DNA of 32,000 nucleotides from Candidatus Scalindua sp. (GTDB lineage: Bacteria > Planctomycetota > Brocadiia > Brocadiales > Scalinduaceae): assembly GCA_031316235.1 (NCBI GenBank), contig JALDRA010000001.1, positions 2,460,001 through 2,492,000 of the forward strand. Reading direction: 5' to 3'. The position numbers and the translations under genes were made by a program. Each line of letters starts with the position of its first letter. Position 1 is the stretch's first letter. Positions 16,500 to 25,546 of this stretch are shown here, in pieces. Under the pieces are notes generated by a model. The model searched no databases. It saw only the letters and a program-made list of their open reading frames with translations, and was not told the DNA's origin.

Positions 16500-17782
16500 A
16501 TAGTCACGATACTCAACAATTTTCACGATCTCTGAACCGATATGATATTGTCTGCATCGGCATAAACGGGACCGTTGGGGCCGGAATATTTCTGCTGCCG
16601 GGAAAAATTGCCGCCCTTACCGGGCCGGCTTCGGTTCTCATATATCTTTTTTGCGGCCTGCTGTGCCTTGCTATCGCCCTTTGCTTCGCAGAAATGGGCG
16701 GGATGTATCAACAGACAGGAGGAGCATACCTCTACGCCCGCGACACATTCGGTCCGATGACAGGGTTTATGGTAGGATGGATGATATGGATATCCGCCAT
16801 TGTCGGGTGGGCAACCATGGCGAGTGGATTTCTCCTCTACCTGGGGTATTTTTCTCCTGAGCTTTCTGAAGGCTGGAGCGGTAAAATCATTATCACAGCT
16901 CTCATCACAAGTTTGAGTACATTGAATTTTCTGGGGGTAAAGATTGGCGCACGGGTCATAAATTTTTTTACCATAAGCAAATTAATACCCCTTTGCATCT
17001 TCATTCTGTGGGGGGTTTCTCACGTTGAAGTCTCCTCATTGCACCCGATAGTTGTATTTGATGGGAATACTATTGGTAGCGCAGTGGTTCTCGCCTTGTT
17101 CGCCTTCACAGGGTTTGAACATCTGGCGGTGCCGGCAGGTGAGATGAGAAATCCGAGAAAAGACATACCGAAAGCCTTCTTCCTGGTAATTGCCGGCAGT
17201 ACCATTGTCTATATATCAGTCCAGGCAATAGCGGTAGGCACATTTCCCCAATTAGCAGATTCGGAAAAACCGCTGGCAGATGCAGCAACCTCTTTCCTGG
17301 GACCGCGAGGTGGTGTGCTCATTGCGGCAGGAGCACTCCTTGCCATTGCAGGCATAAACTCAGGTATTGCCTTAACTGGTCCAAGAAATCTGTACGCCTT
17401 ATCGAAAGATGGATTTTTGCCGAAACTGTTTTCAAAGATCCATCCTCAATTTCATACCCCTTACCTGGCAATCATTGTCTGTTCTTCCCTTACATTGATG
17501 TTAACCCTTACGGGCACATTCGAATATCTGGTATTCGCAAGTGTACTCGTAAGTCTCTTGCAATACATACCAACATGCCTGGCAGTTATCATATTACGAA
17601 AAAGAAGGCCTGAGCTTTCAAGAAGTTATAAGATTCCCGGCGGGTACATTATTCCCTGTTTGGCTCTTGTGACATGCCTCTGGCTCCTGATGCAAGTAAA
17701 GATGGGAGTAATCCTGGCAACGCTGGGGTGTATGATGCTATCGTTACCGTTTTATTTTTTGAGAAAAAGGGATTCTCTTTAA
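16496..17782 (+). CDS. APC-family amino-acid permease
   Basis: About 12 predicted hydrophobic helices. N-terminal GINGTVGAGIFLLPG motif and FAFTGFE motif, typical of the amino acid/polyamine/organocation superfamily. Confidence 0.85.
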   Translation: MNSHDTQQFSRSLNRYDIVCIGINGTVGAGIFLLPGKIAALTGPASVLIYLFCGLLCLAIALCFAEMGGMYQQTGGAYLYARDTFGPMTGFMVGWMIWISAIVGWATMASGFLLYLGYFSPELSEGWSGKIIITALITSLSTLNFLGVKIGARVINFFTISKLIPLCIFILWGVSHVEVSSLHPIVVFDGNTIGSAVVLALFAFTGFEHLAVPAGEMRNPRKDIPKAFFLVIAGSTIVYISVQAIAVGTFPQLADSEKPLADAATSFLGPRGGVLIAAGALLAIAGINSGIALTGPRNLYALSKDGFLPKLFSKIHPQFHTPYLAIIVCSSLTLMLTLTGTFEYLVFASVLVSLLQYIPTCLAVIILRKRRPELSRSYKIPGGYIIPCLALVTCLWLLMQVKMGVILATLGCMMLSLPFYFLRKRDSL

Positions 17783-18125
17783 CCGTTGATCCAGATGGGT
17801 CAGTTGGTTTTCAAAGAAACCGGACAGTTCTATTTATTCGAGACACACATTTTTATTTTTACTTGACATTTCCAGAAAAAAATACTTGAAATTCTGATGG
17901 CATTATTCTATTCTCCGTTTTTTCAAACGTGTTATCACTTATTAAGACTACTGGAAAATTTTTTAAAAAAAATAATTGAACCAGGATCTCTTCACACCCC
18001 GAAAAAATGTTCTTATCAAAAAAACATTTGAAGGGTTACAGTTCATCCCCAACAGTATCTTTGGAAAAATCGTAAGATTTTTCTCTTTCATGTTTATTGG
18101 AATTACAACACAGTATACCGTGGTA

Positions 18126-20969
18126 ATGAAAAAGATATCGCTCCTGTTATGCATTGTCCTTATTTTATCCTGCACCGGTTTTCAGAAAAAAGAGTTTGGT
18201 ATCAGGTATGAAAAGTTCACGCTTGAAAACGGTCTGGAGGTTATTTTGCATGAAGATCACTCTGATCCGATTGTTGCAGTTGCTACCTTGATTCATGTCG
18301 GTTCCAGTCGGGAAAAACTCGGTAAAACCGGTTTTGCGCATTTCTTTGAACATATGGCATTCCATGATTCAGAAAATGTTCCAATTGGAGCAAATCGAAA
18401 ACTTATTACCGAGTGGGGAGGGGCACGAAATGGTGGAACATGGTCTGACGGTACTATTTACTATGAGGTGGTACCTAAAGATGTTTTTGAGAAGATTCTC
18501 TGGATAGACTCTGATCGACTCGGATTTATGATCAATACGGTAACAGAGGAGGCCTTAGAGCGTGAAAAACAGGTTGTAAAAAACGAGAAGCGGGAACGTG
18601 TGGATAATGTTCCCTATGGACACACAAATCAGATCATACGTTCAAATTTATACCCTCCGGAGCATCCCTATAACTGGACGGTCATCGGCTCGCTGCCCGA
18701 TCTGCAGGCAGCGACCATAGATGATGTAAAAGAATTTTATGAGCAGTATTATGGGGCGGGGAATGCTTCATTGGTAATAGCAGGAGATATAGAAATAACT
18801 CGTACAAAAGAATTAGTTCAGAAGTGGTTTGGTGAAATTCGTAAAGGACCGGATGTCGAGCCGATAAAACCAATGCCCGTTCATCTGGAGAAATCCAAGA
18901 TACTCTATTTTGAAGACAATTTTGCAACATTACCTGAACTTCATATGGAATTTCCAAGTGTTGAAGAATATCATGAAGACACGTATGCACTCGGGATACT
19001 GGGCAATTTATTAGGCGGAAGCCGGAGGTCGCCTCTCTATAAAATTATTGTTAAAGAAAGAAAGCTGGCCCCCTCTATCAGTGCATACCAGAGCAGCAGT
19101 GAAATTGCAGGAAAATTTGTTTTCCGGGTACGTGCCGATTCCGACAAAGATCTGGATGAGGTGAAGGCGGCAATAGAAGAAGGGCTGCAGCGTTTTGAAG
19201 AAGAGGGTTTTACCGATAACGAATTGGTCAAGATCAAGGCGAAGCTTGAAACAGATCTGATTCAGAGTGTTGAGACGGTTTTAGATAAAGCCTTTACCCT
19301 GATTCAGGATAATGAATTTAAGGGCGATCCCGGCTATATTGTTGAAGCTGCCAGAAAAACACAATCAGTTACCCGTGAGGATATCATGCGGGTTTATCAG
19401 AAATACATCAAAGGCAAAAACTACGTTATGACAAACCTGGTCCCCAAAGGAAAATGCATATTGGCAGTAGAAGGGGCAGAACAGGCTTCTGTCTGGATAG
19501 AAAAAGTTAAACCTGGTATAGCTCATGAAATAGTTGGGAAAGGAGAAGAGGCCCACTATGAAAAAACTATCACCAGATTTGATCGGTCTGAACCTGATTT
19601 CGGGGAATTGCCCCTTTTTAAAATGCCTGAAATATGGACAGATAGATTAGATAATGGTTTACGGGTTTATGGTATAGAAAATAATGAAATTCCGCTTGTA
19701 GTATTTACAATAACTCTTAATGGCGGACACGTATTGGATCCGGAAGGTAAATCCGGTGTCGCGGAATTAACAGCAAAATTAATGATGGAAGGTACGGTAA
19801 ACCGTACATCGGCGGATCTGGAAGAAGCGATTGGTATGCTCGGTGCAGAAATAGAGATATCAAGTTCATATGAAGAGACCACCATTACCGCAAAATGCCT
19901 GTCACGCCATTTTAAAGCTACCGTTGCACTTGTTGAAGAGATTATCCTCGAACCGCGATGGGACGAAGCTCAATATGCACGGTTAAAACGGGAAATGGTA
20001 ACGAAATTAAAAGATCGTGAAGCAGAACCGAGAACAATTGCATTGTTAAATTTTAACACCTTGGTTTTTGGTGACAAACACATTTTCAGCAGACCGGTGT
20101 CAGGGATCCTTGAATCGGCGGCTCATATCACGTTAGAAGACTTAAAGAATTATTACAATACATTATCACCTCAGGAAGCCAGTTTTCTCATCTCTGGAGC
20201 AGTAACAAAAGATGAAGTTTTAAAAGCGTTACGTTCCTTAAATAAAGAATGGAAGGTGAATGTTCAATACGAATTACCAGAATATGAAATTCCAAAGCTT
20301 GCAAAAGGTGGGATATATTTCACAGATGTTCCGGGATCAAAGCAATCGGTCATCTTTGTCGGTAAACTCACCGTACCAGGGACTGATCGGAATTTTAACA
20401 AACTGAAGTATGCAAATGAAATTCTTGGTTCTGTATCCTCAGGTACATTAACTCAAATATTACGTCACGAAAAAGGATATACCTATGGAGCATATTCTTT
20501 TTTGCGTGAAACGAAAGAAATCGTTCCATTCATTGCTTATTCAAGCGTCAGATCAAATGCGACCCTGGCATCACTTAAAATTTTCAAGGAAATTATTGAG
20601 AATTACGGACATAATTTTTCTGAAAACGATGTTGAAATTACCAAAAACAAGATCTTAAAAAGGAATACGAGAGCCTACGAAAGCCTGTCGGCAAAACTCG
20701 ATATTCTTCACAATATCAGCAAATACGGATATTCGCTTTCTTACATAGAAGATGCCCAGAACGAATTAATGAACATGACGTTAAAGGATTTTAAAGAAGT
20801 AATAGCGAGATATTTAAAAGAAGAGGAGATGATTTATTTAGTAGTCGGTGATGCCGCTACACAGTTAGAAGAGGTCAATAAACTGGGAAAAGGCAATGCG
20901 ATACTCCTGGACATCTATGGCAACCAGAGGCAGCAGGAAGTAATTGAAAATCTCCAGTCTGCTCTCTGA
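18126..20969 (+). CDS. M16-family (pitrilysin/insulinase-like) zinc peptidase, double-length form, probably secreted or lipid-anchored
   Basis: Inverted zincin motif HFFEHMAF (HxxEH) with a downstream EKQVVKNEKRE Glu region. A second M16-like half follows. The start is taken at MKKISLLLCIVLILSC, a signal peptide with a lipobox-like Cys. The ORF-track start at 17976 adds 50 aa lacking any such feature. Confidence 0.85.
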   Translation: MKKISLLLCIVLILSCTGFQKKEFGIRYEKFTLENGLEVILHEDHSDPIVAVATLIHVGSSREKLGKTGFAHFFEHMAFHDSENVPIGANRKLITEWGGARNGGTWSDGTIYYEVVPKDVFEKILWIDSDRLGFMINTVTEEALEREKQVVKNEKRERVDNVPYGHTNQIIRSNLYPPEHPYNWTVIGSLPDLQAATIDDVKEFYEQYYGAGNASLVIAGDIEITRTKELVQKWFGEIRKGPDVEPIKPMPVHLEKSKILYFEDNFATLPELHMEFPSVEEYHEDTYALGILGNLLGGSRRSPLYKIIVKERKLAPSISAYQSSSEIAGKFVFRVRADSDKDLDEVKAAIEEGLQRFEEEGFTDNELVKIKAKLETDLIQSVETVLDKAFTLIQDNEFKGDPGYIVEAARKTQSVTREDIMRVYQKYIKGKNYVMTNLVPKGKCILAVEGAEQASVWIEKVKPGIAHEIVGKGEEAHYEKTITRFDRSEPDFGELPLFKMPEIWTDRLDNGLRVYGIENNEIPLVVFTITLNGGHVLDPEGKSGVAELTAKLMMEGTVNRTSADLEEAIGMLGAEIEISSSYEETTITAKCLSRHFKATVALVEEIILEPRWDEAQYARLKREMVTKLKDREAEPRTIALLNFNTLVFGDKHIFSRPVSGILESAAHITLEDLKNYYNTLSPQEASFLISGAVTKDEVLKALRSLNKEWKVNVQYELPEYEIPKLAKGGIYFTDVPGSKQSVIFVGKLTVPGTDRNFNKLKYANEILGSVSSGTLTQILRHEKGYTYGAYSFLRETKEIVPFIAYSSVRSNATLASLKIFKEIIENYGHNFSENDVEITKNKILKRNTRAYESLSAKLDILHNISKYGYSLSYIEDAQNELMNMTLKDFKEVIARYLKEEEMIYLVVGDAATQLEEVNKLGKGNAILLDIYGNQRQQEVIENLQSAL

Positions 20970-20978
20970 TACCAGCAT

Positions 20979-21003
20979 CTTTCCCGGTTTTCGCAAGGGA
21001 AAG
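20979..21003 (+). other. stem-loop just after the peptidase stop codon (possible terminator element)
   Basis: CTTTCCC (20979-20985) and GGGAAAG (20997-21003) form a 7-bp perfect stem with an 11-nt loop. No T-run follows, so it is not a canonical intrinsic terminator. Confidence 0.25.
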
Positions 21004-21069
21004 CTGTCTGGAGTTAATTATGTACCAAGGGCCCAGGAAAAAACAACTTGTTATTCTTTCCAGGGCCCT

Positions 21070-21163
21070 GAGCGAATAAAGTCCTCGGCGCTTTTTGTCC
21101 GGGGATACCTTCACCAAGATCTGGTTTCCAGTAAAACCGACAACCAAATCAGTTTTAGTATAT
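21070..21163 (+). repeat. ~140-bp repeat, copy 4 (left third missing, diverged)
   Basis: It aligns with copy 1 from GAGCGA(A/G)TAAAGTCC through to ...TTTTAGTATAT. Several uncompensated substitutions lie in the long hairpin arms. Confidence 0.75.
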
Positions 21164-21165
21164 CT

Positions 21166-21331
21166 CATCGTTGTCCGGTTAGGTTTTTGCGTAGGCGGCT
21201 TTCGTCATACCCGGACGCCTTTATCGGGTATCCAGAGACTCGTTTCATCATAGATTCCCGCTAAAAACATGCGGGAATGACAGTTTTTGGGCAATAAATT
21301 AAATATGCAAAAACCTAACCGGACGCTACTG
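21166..21331. mobile_element. 166-bp inverted-repeat element (MITE-like) flanked by a 9-bp direct repeat
   Basis: A perfect 18-bp inverted repeat: GTCCGGTTAGGTTTTTGC (21173-21190) and GCAAAAACCTAACCGGAC (21307-21324). A flanking direct repeat AGTATATCT lies at 21157-21165 and 21332-21340. Internal hairpins: ATACCCG/CGGGTAT (21208-21231) and ATTCCCGC/GCGGGAAT (21254-21277). No coding capacity. Confidence 0.5.
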
Positions 21332-21460
21332 AGTATATCTACCAAAGAACATTAAAATTCCAGCAACCCGTATATTGCCCTCACGCCGCTGGGAGATTAC
21401 GCTATTCAACCTCCTTGAGAAAGACAAAAACTCACCTGCAGACTTCACACAGAGGCACTG

Positions 21461-24400
21461 TTATTCGATAGTGATTAATTTCTTCACCCGTATTCCCGCA
21501 TCATCTATCAAAGAATATATTGTAGGCATAAGTACGAGTGTTAAGAAAGTAGAGGTAATCAGACCGGAAACAACGACCAGCCCAACCGGTGCCCAAATCT
21601 TGTCTCTTCCTTCAAACGGTCCGAATAATGTAGGGATGAAGATCGGCAGAACCATCGGCAACAGACCCAGAATAGTTGTAAAAGAGGTCATAAGTATTGG
21701 CCTTAATCGATCTCTCCCTCCCTTGAGAATGGCGGTGTATCTATCCATGCCACCCCTTCGCAAGCGATTAACAGAGTCAATAAGGATAATTGCGTTGTTC
21801 ACCACTAAACCACTCAAGAGTAACAGGCCAAGACGGGAAAGGCTGTCAAGAGGCACATCTGTGAGAAAAAACACTATCGCAACACCCGTAAATGCAAACG
21901 GGATTGTCAGCAGAATGGTTAGTGGATGAATAAAAGATTCAAAGAGTGATGCCATTATCATGTAAATCAGAAGTATGGCAAGAATCAAACCAAACTTTGT
22001 TTCTGACTGCTCACTTTCAAACCGGCTGAATTCCTCACCTAAATTCCATTCATAACCGGCAGGTAAGTGAAAATCTTCCATCTTTTCCGTTATCATTTTA
22101 CCGATCTTTTCAAGTCCCGTATTCTTATAACCTGCCGAGATTACGACTATTGGTTTCCGGTCCTTTCGAGCAATTGCCTGTGGACCCCTCCTCCGTTCGA
22201 AATCAACAACTCTATTCAAGGTAACTTCCTCTTTCTCGGCATTTTCAAACTCAAGATTTTTCAACTGATCCAGACGTTTTCGGTCTTCCTCCTTCAGTTG
22301 TAAATTAATATCAATTTCCTTGTCAGCAAATTCAAGCTTACTCACTGCCCTGCTCCCTAATGCTCCGGAAATACCAAAAGCAATTCTCTGCGAAGTTATA
22401 CCGGACATCCGGGCCTTATCTCGATCAATTATCACCAATATTTCATCCTTTCCTTTTTCCAGATTTGTATTAACATCCTCCAGATAAGGAATTGCCGCAA
22501 GCCGATTCTTGATATCCTCAGCTAACCTCAAAAGTGTGCCGCTGTTTCTCCCCCTGATTTCAAGAGTAACGTCTCTCCCCCCACTGCTGTGCCGGAATGC
22601 CCTGTTATACTGAACACCGGGAATGGCAGGGAATAGAGGCTTTATTTCGCCTGATAAACTACTTACCGGGCGTTTCGCCTCATCCTCGCCAACAAAATAT
22701 ATGGAAAGGAAACCTCCGTTTCTTTCAAAATAGCTCGAAAGATTTTCAATTTCCAGTTCTTCTTTTTTCTCCCGAAGAATCCCTTCCAGCTTTTCAAAGA
22801 GCATTCTTGCATCTTCTATACTGTAGTTCTCCGGAGTCTCCACATTGAAATGAATCTCTCGGTAAATATTACTTGTAATGACCTCTGTTTCCAGCTGACC
22901 ATACAAATAATAAGCTGACACCATAATGAGCGTTGCAACTCCAACCGTAATCCACCTGTGTCTTAAAGTCAGCTTGATGAATTTTGTATAGAGATCGGGT
23001 ACATATTTCCGTGATACTGGGTTCTGTTTCTGTTTAAAACCAGGAACCTTGTTGTCTCCTTGTGATGTCTCCGAATCCGGTACTTTCAGGAATCTCGACG
23101 CAGCCAATGGTATTAAAGTCAAGGATACGAATAGTGACGCGACCAATGCGGTACAAATTGATAAACCAAAGTCATGCATGAAGACTCCCATTCTCGATTG
23201 TGAAAGGAAGATCAACGGTATGAATACACATATTGTTGTAAATGTTGCTGCAATAATCGCCAGCCCGACCTCATTACCCCCAACTATGGCAGCACTCCTT
23301 AAATCGAGGTTATTTTCCTGCCTGTGGCGAAAGATATTTTCAAGAACGACAACGGCGGGATCTACAATCATGCCTAAAGCCAGCATCAAGCCGGAAACCG
23401 ATATAATATTGAGTGTTATTTCGGAACCAAAAAATTTTCTTAGCAAAAACATGAAACAGAATGTGCATAATACTGAGATGGGTATGGCAGCTGTTATAAC
23501 CAACGCGCTTCTTATATTTCTGAGAAAGAAGAAAAGAACAAAGATGACCAGCACCCCTCCAAGTAATCCGGCGTTCCTCAGGCTCTCAATTCTCTCTATA
23601 ATAGGTTGAGATCTATCACGATAAACATAAATATCCAGCTTTTGCATTTTCGACTCTATCCTGAACGCATCGAGGATCTCGATAACCTCCCTTGCAACTG
23701 ATACCATATTGGCTTCGGAGGATTTCATCACCTGTACCTTTACCGCATCTCTTCCATTTAGTCTCTGATAACTCTTTTTTTGCGGAATGTCATACCTGAT
23801 ATCAGCCACATCAGAAAGCCTGATACCCTTCTCATTAATCGGTAAATCCTTTATCTCTTCCATATTCTGGAACTCACCAATTGTACGAACAATATATTTT
23901 ATTTCCCCTTCACTGATATCACCCGCCGAAACATTTATGTTGTTCTCTCTGAGAAACTTCCTCAGTTCAAAGGTATCTATCTTGAGAGCCTTGAGCCATT
24001 CAAGATCAAGATCAATAAAGATCTGTTTCTGTTCGATTCCCCGAACATCTACATTTGCTACACCCTTTATCCTTTGGATCCTCGGCGTAATAATATTTTC
24101 AATTATATTGTAAAGTTCACGGATTTCCCCACGTATCGATACGCTGAATTCGACAACTGGCAGATCACCCGACTTAAACCGAAAGATCCGTATTCTTTCA
24201 ATGTCATCGGGTAGTTTGCTCTTTACCTGCTCTAATTTATCTCGTACCTCCAACGTTGCAAGATCCATGTCGGTGCCTATCTTAAACTCTAACGTAATGT
24301 CTGAGCTCACATCAGTTGAAGTTGATTCAATCGTCTCAACATTTTTTATTGTTCTGAAAGTGTCTTCTACGTGAAGCGTTATGAGGTCTTCAATTTCCTG

Positions 24401-24568
24401 AGGAGAAGAGGATTGGTAAGGTATTTGCACCTGCAGGGAATTTCCTGATATCTCAGGGAGATAAACAAGGGGTATCCGACTCAATGATATACCACCAATG
24501 ACTAACGCACTTAAAATAATCATCAATGTCGTTATGGGCCGTTTTACGGCAAGTGCAGAGATGTTCAT
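21461..24568 (-). CDS. RND-family efflux permease (AcrB/HAE-type), second paralogue
   Basis: 1035 aa with the typical RND layout. N-terminal ...RPITTLMIILSALVIGGISLSRIPLVYLPE, two large periplasmic loops, 12 hydrophobic helices, and a conserved ...VVNNAIILID motif in the C-terminal half. Confidence 0.9.
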   Translation of the reverse strand: MNISALAVKRPITTLMIILSALVIGGISLSRIPLVYLPEISGNSLQVQIPYQSSSPQEIEDLITLHVEDTFRTIKNVETIESTSTDVSSDITLEFKIGTDMDLATLEVRDKLEQVKSKLPDDIERIRIFRFKSGDLPVVEFSVSIRGEIRELYNIIENIITPRIQRIKGVANVDVRGIEQKQIFIDLDLEWLKALKIDTFELRKFLRENNINVSAGDISEGEIKYIVRTIGEFQNMEEIKDLPINEKGIRLSDVADIRYDIPQKKSYQRLNGRDAVKVQVMKSSEANMVSVAREVIEILDAFRIESKMQKLDIYVYRDRSQPIIERIESLRNAGLLGGVLVIFVLFFFLRNIRSALVITAAIPISVLCTFCFMFLLRKFFGSEITLNIISVSGLMLALGMIVDPAVVVLENIFRHRQENNLDLRSAAIVGGNEVGLAIIAATFTTICVFIPLIFLSQSRMGVFMHDFGLSICTALVASLFVSLTLIPLAASRFLKVPDSETSQGDNKVPGFKQKQNPVSRKYVPDLYTKFIKLTLRHRWITVGVATLIMVSAYYLYGQLETEVITSNIYREIHFNVETPENYSIEDARMLFEKLEGILREKKEELEIENLSSYFERNGGFLSIYFVGEDEAKRPVSSLSGEIKPLFPAIPGVQYNRAFRHSSGGRDVTLEIRGRNSGTLLRLAEDIKNRLAAIPYLEDVNTNLEKGKDEILVIIDRDKARMSGITSQRIAFGISGALGSRAVSKLEFADKEIDINLQLKEEDRKRLDQLKNLEFENAEKEEVTLNRVVDFERRRGPQAIARKDRKPIVVISAGYKNTGLEKIGKMITEKMEDFHLPAGYEWNLGEEFSRFESEQSETKFGLILAILLIYMIMASLFESFIHPLTILLTIPFAFTGVAIVFFLTDVPLDSLSRLGLLLLSGLVVNNAIILIDSVNRLRRGGMDRYTAILKGGRDRLRPILMTSFTTILGLLPMVLPIFIPTLFGPFEGRDKIWAPVGLVVVSGLITSTFLTLVLMPTIYSLIDDAGIRVKKLITIE

Positions 24569-24749
24569 GGCAGCAACCGGGAAATAAAAAAAATCACATT
24601 ACCTGTTCGATTAATTTTACCCAAAAAACTATATATAGCTATGGGTTTTTCTCTTGAAACGGCAGTGCGGTAAAGAGAAAAAGTCATTCAACGCTAACAA
24701 GGCAGATACACGATTCAAATTTTCTGAAACCCGGACATTTCTATTCTGG

Positions 24750-24779
24750 CTTGACAAGGCGGGATTTTGCTCTTGACAA
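24750..24779 (+). promoter_or_regulatory. direct repeat CTTGACAA x2 with 22-bp period (candidate -35 element(s) or regulator binding site)
   Basis: CTTGACAA occurs at 24750-24757 and 24772-24779. The second TTGACA is followed, after 17 nt, by TTCAAT (24796-24801), a weak -10. It lies in the divergent region between the second RND gene and the PilZ gene. Confidence 0.25.
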
Positions 24780-25071
24780 TCTATAGGAATTATTATTCAA
24801 TTTAGTCTGGAAGGGCTTCATCGGGCACAGCAGCAGAATCAGATTTGATGCGAAAGGGGAAGTCATTATGCAGAAGGACGCCTTTGTTATTAAAACACTT
24901 CTTATCTCTCTTTTATCTCCATCTCTCAAAAAAGTCTTCAACGCTGTATACTATGTACTGCGTTTCAAACGTTTCCGGAACATTCACAATACTACAAATC
25001 AGGTTTTCTCTTTATTAATTTTTTTATTCTGAGATTTCTGATTGTGTAACACGTATCGGGGGTACATTCTC

Positions 25072-25458
25072 ATGTATGAAGGTATAGAAAAAAGAAAGTA
25101 CGAAAGGATTGAAAATCCATTTATGGTAAGTTTCCGGATCATACCGCTTGTAGCAAAGAGAACGGTTGACGATAACTGGGATACCGTAACGATACAAGAC
25201 TTTGGAGCCGGTGGTGTCTATTTTCATTATGCTGAAGATATAGGGATTGGCGAACTCCTTGACCTGAAAATAGGTTATCCCATAATTACCCCTATAGTAC
25301 ATTGCGTTGGAAAAGTAGTCCGTGTTGAAGAGTCCCCGTCATCCTTCCCATTCAGTATAGCGATAGAGTTTACGGCTATAAATTCAGAAGAAAAAGAGAT
25401 CATCAGGAACGCAATCGAGGAAATTCTCGAAAGAAACAACTGCAAATTCAACTCGTAA
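25072..25458 (+). CDS. PilZ-domain protein (putative c-di-GMP receptor)
   Basis: RKYER (RxxxR) near the N-terminus and DFGAGG (a D-x-S-x-x-G-type motif with Gly in place of Ser) about 35 aa later. Size and beta-rich pattern fit a stand-alone PilZ domain. The start is taken at ATG 25072. The ORF-track TTG at 25042 is an alternative start. Confidence 0.75.
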   Translation: MYEGIEKRKYERIENPFMVSFRIIPLVAKRTVDDNWDTVTIQDFGAGGVYFHYAEDIGIGELLDLKIGYPIITPIVHCVGKVVRVEESPSSFPFSIAIEFTAINSEEKEIIRNAIEEILERNNCKFNS

Positions 25459-25463
25459 GTCGG

Positions 25464-25496
25464 GCGGGAACAATGAAAATTTACCAGCGTTCCCGC
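25464..25496. other. stem-loop between convergent PilZ and RND genes (possible bidirectional terminator)
   Basis: GCGGGAAC (25464-25471) and GTTCCCGC (25489-25496) form an 8-bp perfect GC-rich stem with a 17-nt loop. It starts 6 nt after the PilZ stop. There is no flanking T/A run. Confidence 0.3.
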
Positions 25497-25546
25497 AGTA
25501 CCATACGTAACCTCTCATGAAGCACACGGGTTTCAGTTTCTCTGGA

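Noticed and set aside
17976-18125. A 50-codon N-terminal extension of the M16 peptidase, from the ORF-track start at 17976. Similar extensions occur at 5994-6068 (ymdB-like gene) and 12463-12501 (oxidoreductase beta subunit).
   Set aside because: The extensions lie in AT-rich or upstream-gene sequence and have no counterpart in the families. Internal ATGs give canonical N-termini: a signal peptide with Cys, MYLNILAIGD, and MEAIYKKPETL preceded by GGAGG.
24741-25032. Small ORFs in the RND2/PilZ divergent region: 24741-24941(-) at 66 aa, and an unlisted plus-strand 54-codon ORF at 24868-25032 preceded by GAAAGGGGAAG.
   Set aside because: The minus-strand ORF has no ribosome-binding site and an implausible sequence. 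The plus-strand ORF has a plausible ribosome-binding site but a hydrophobic, low-information product ending in an A/T-rich run (LLIFLF). Without conservation data neither can be supported.
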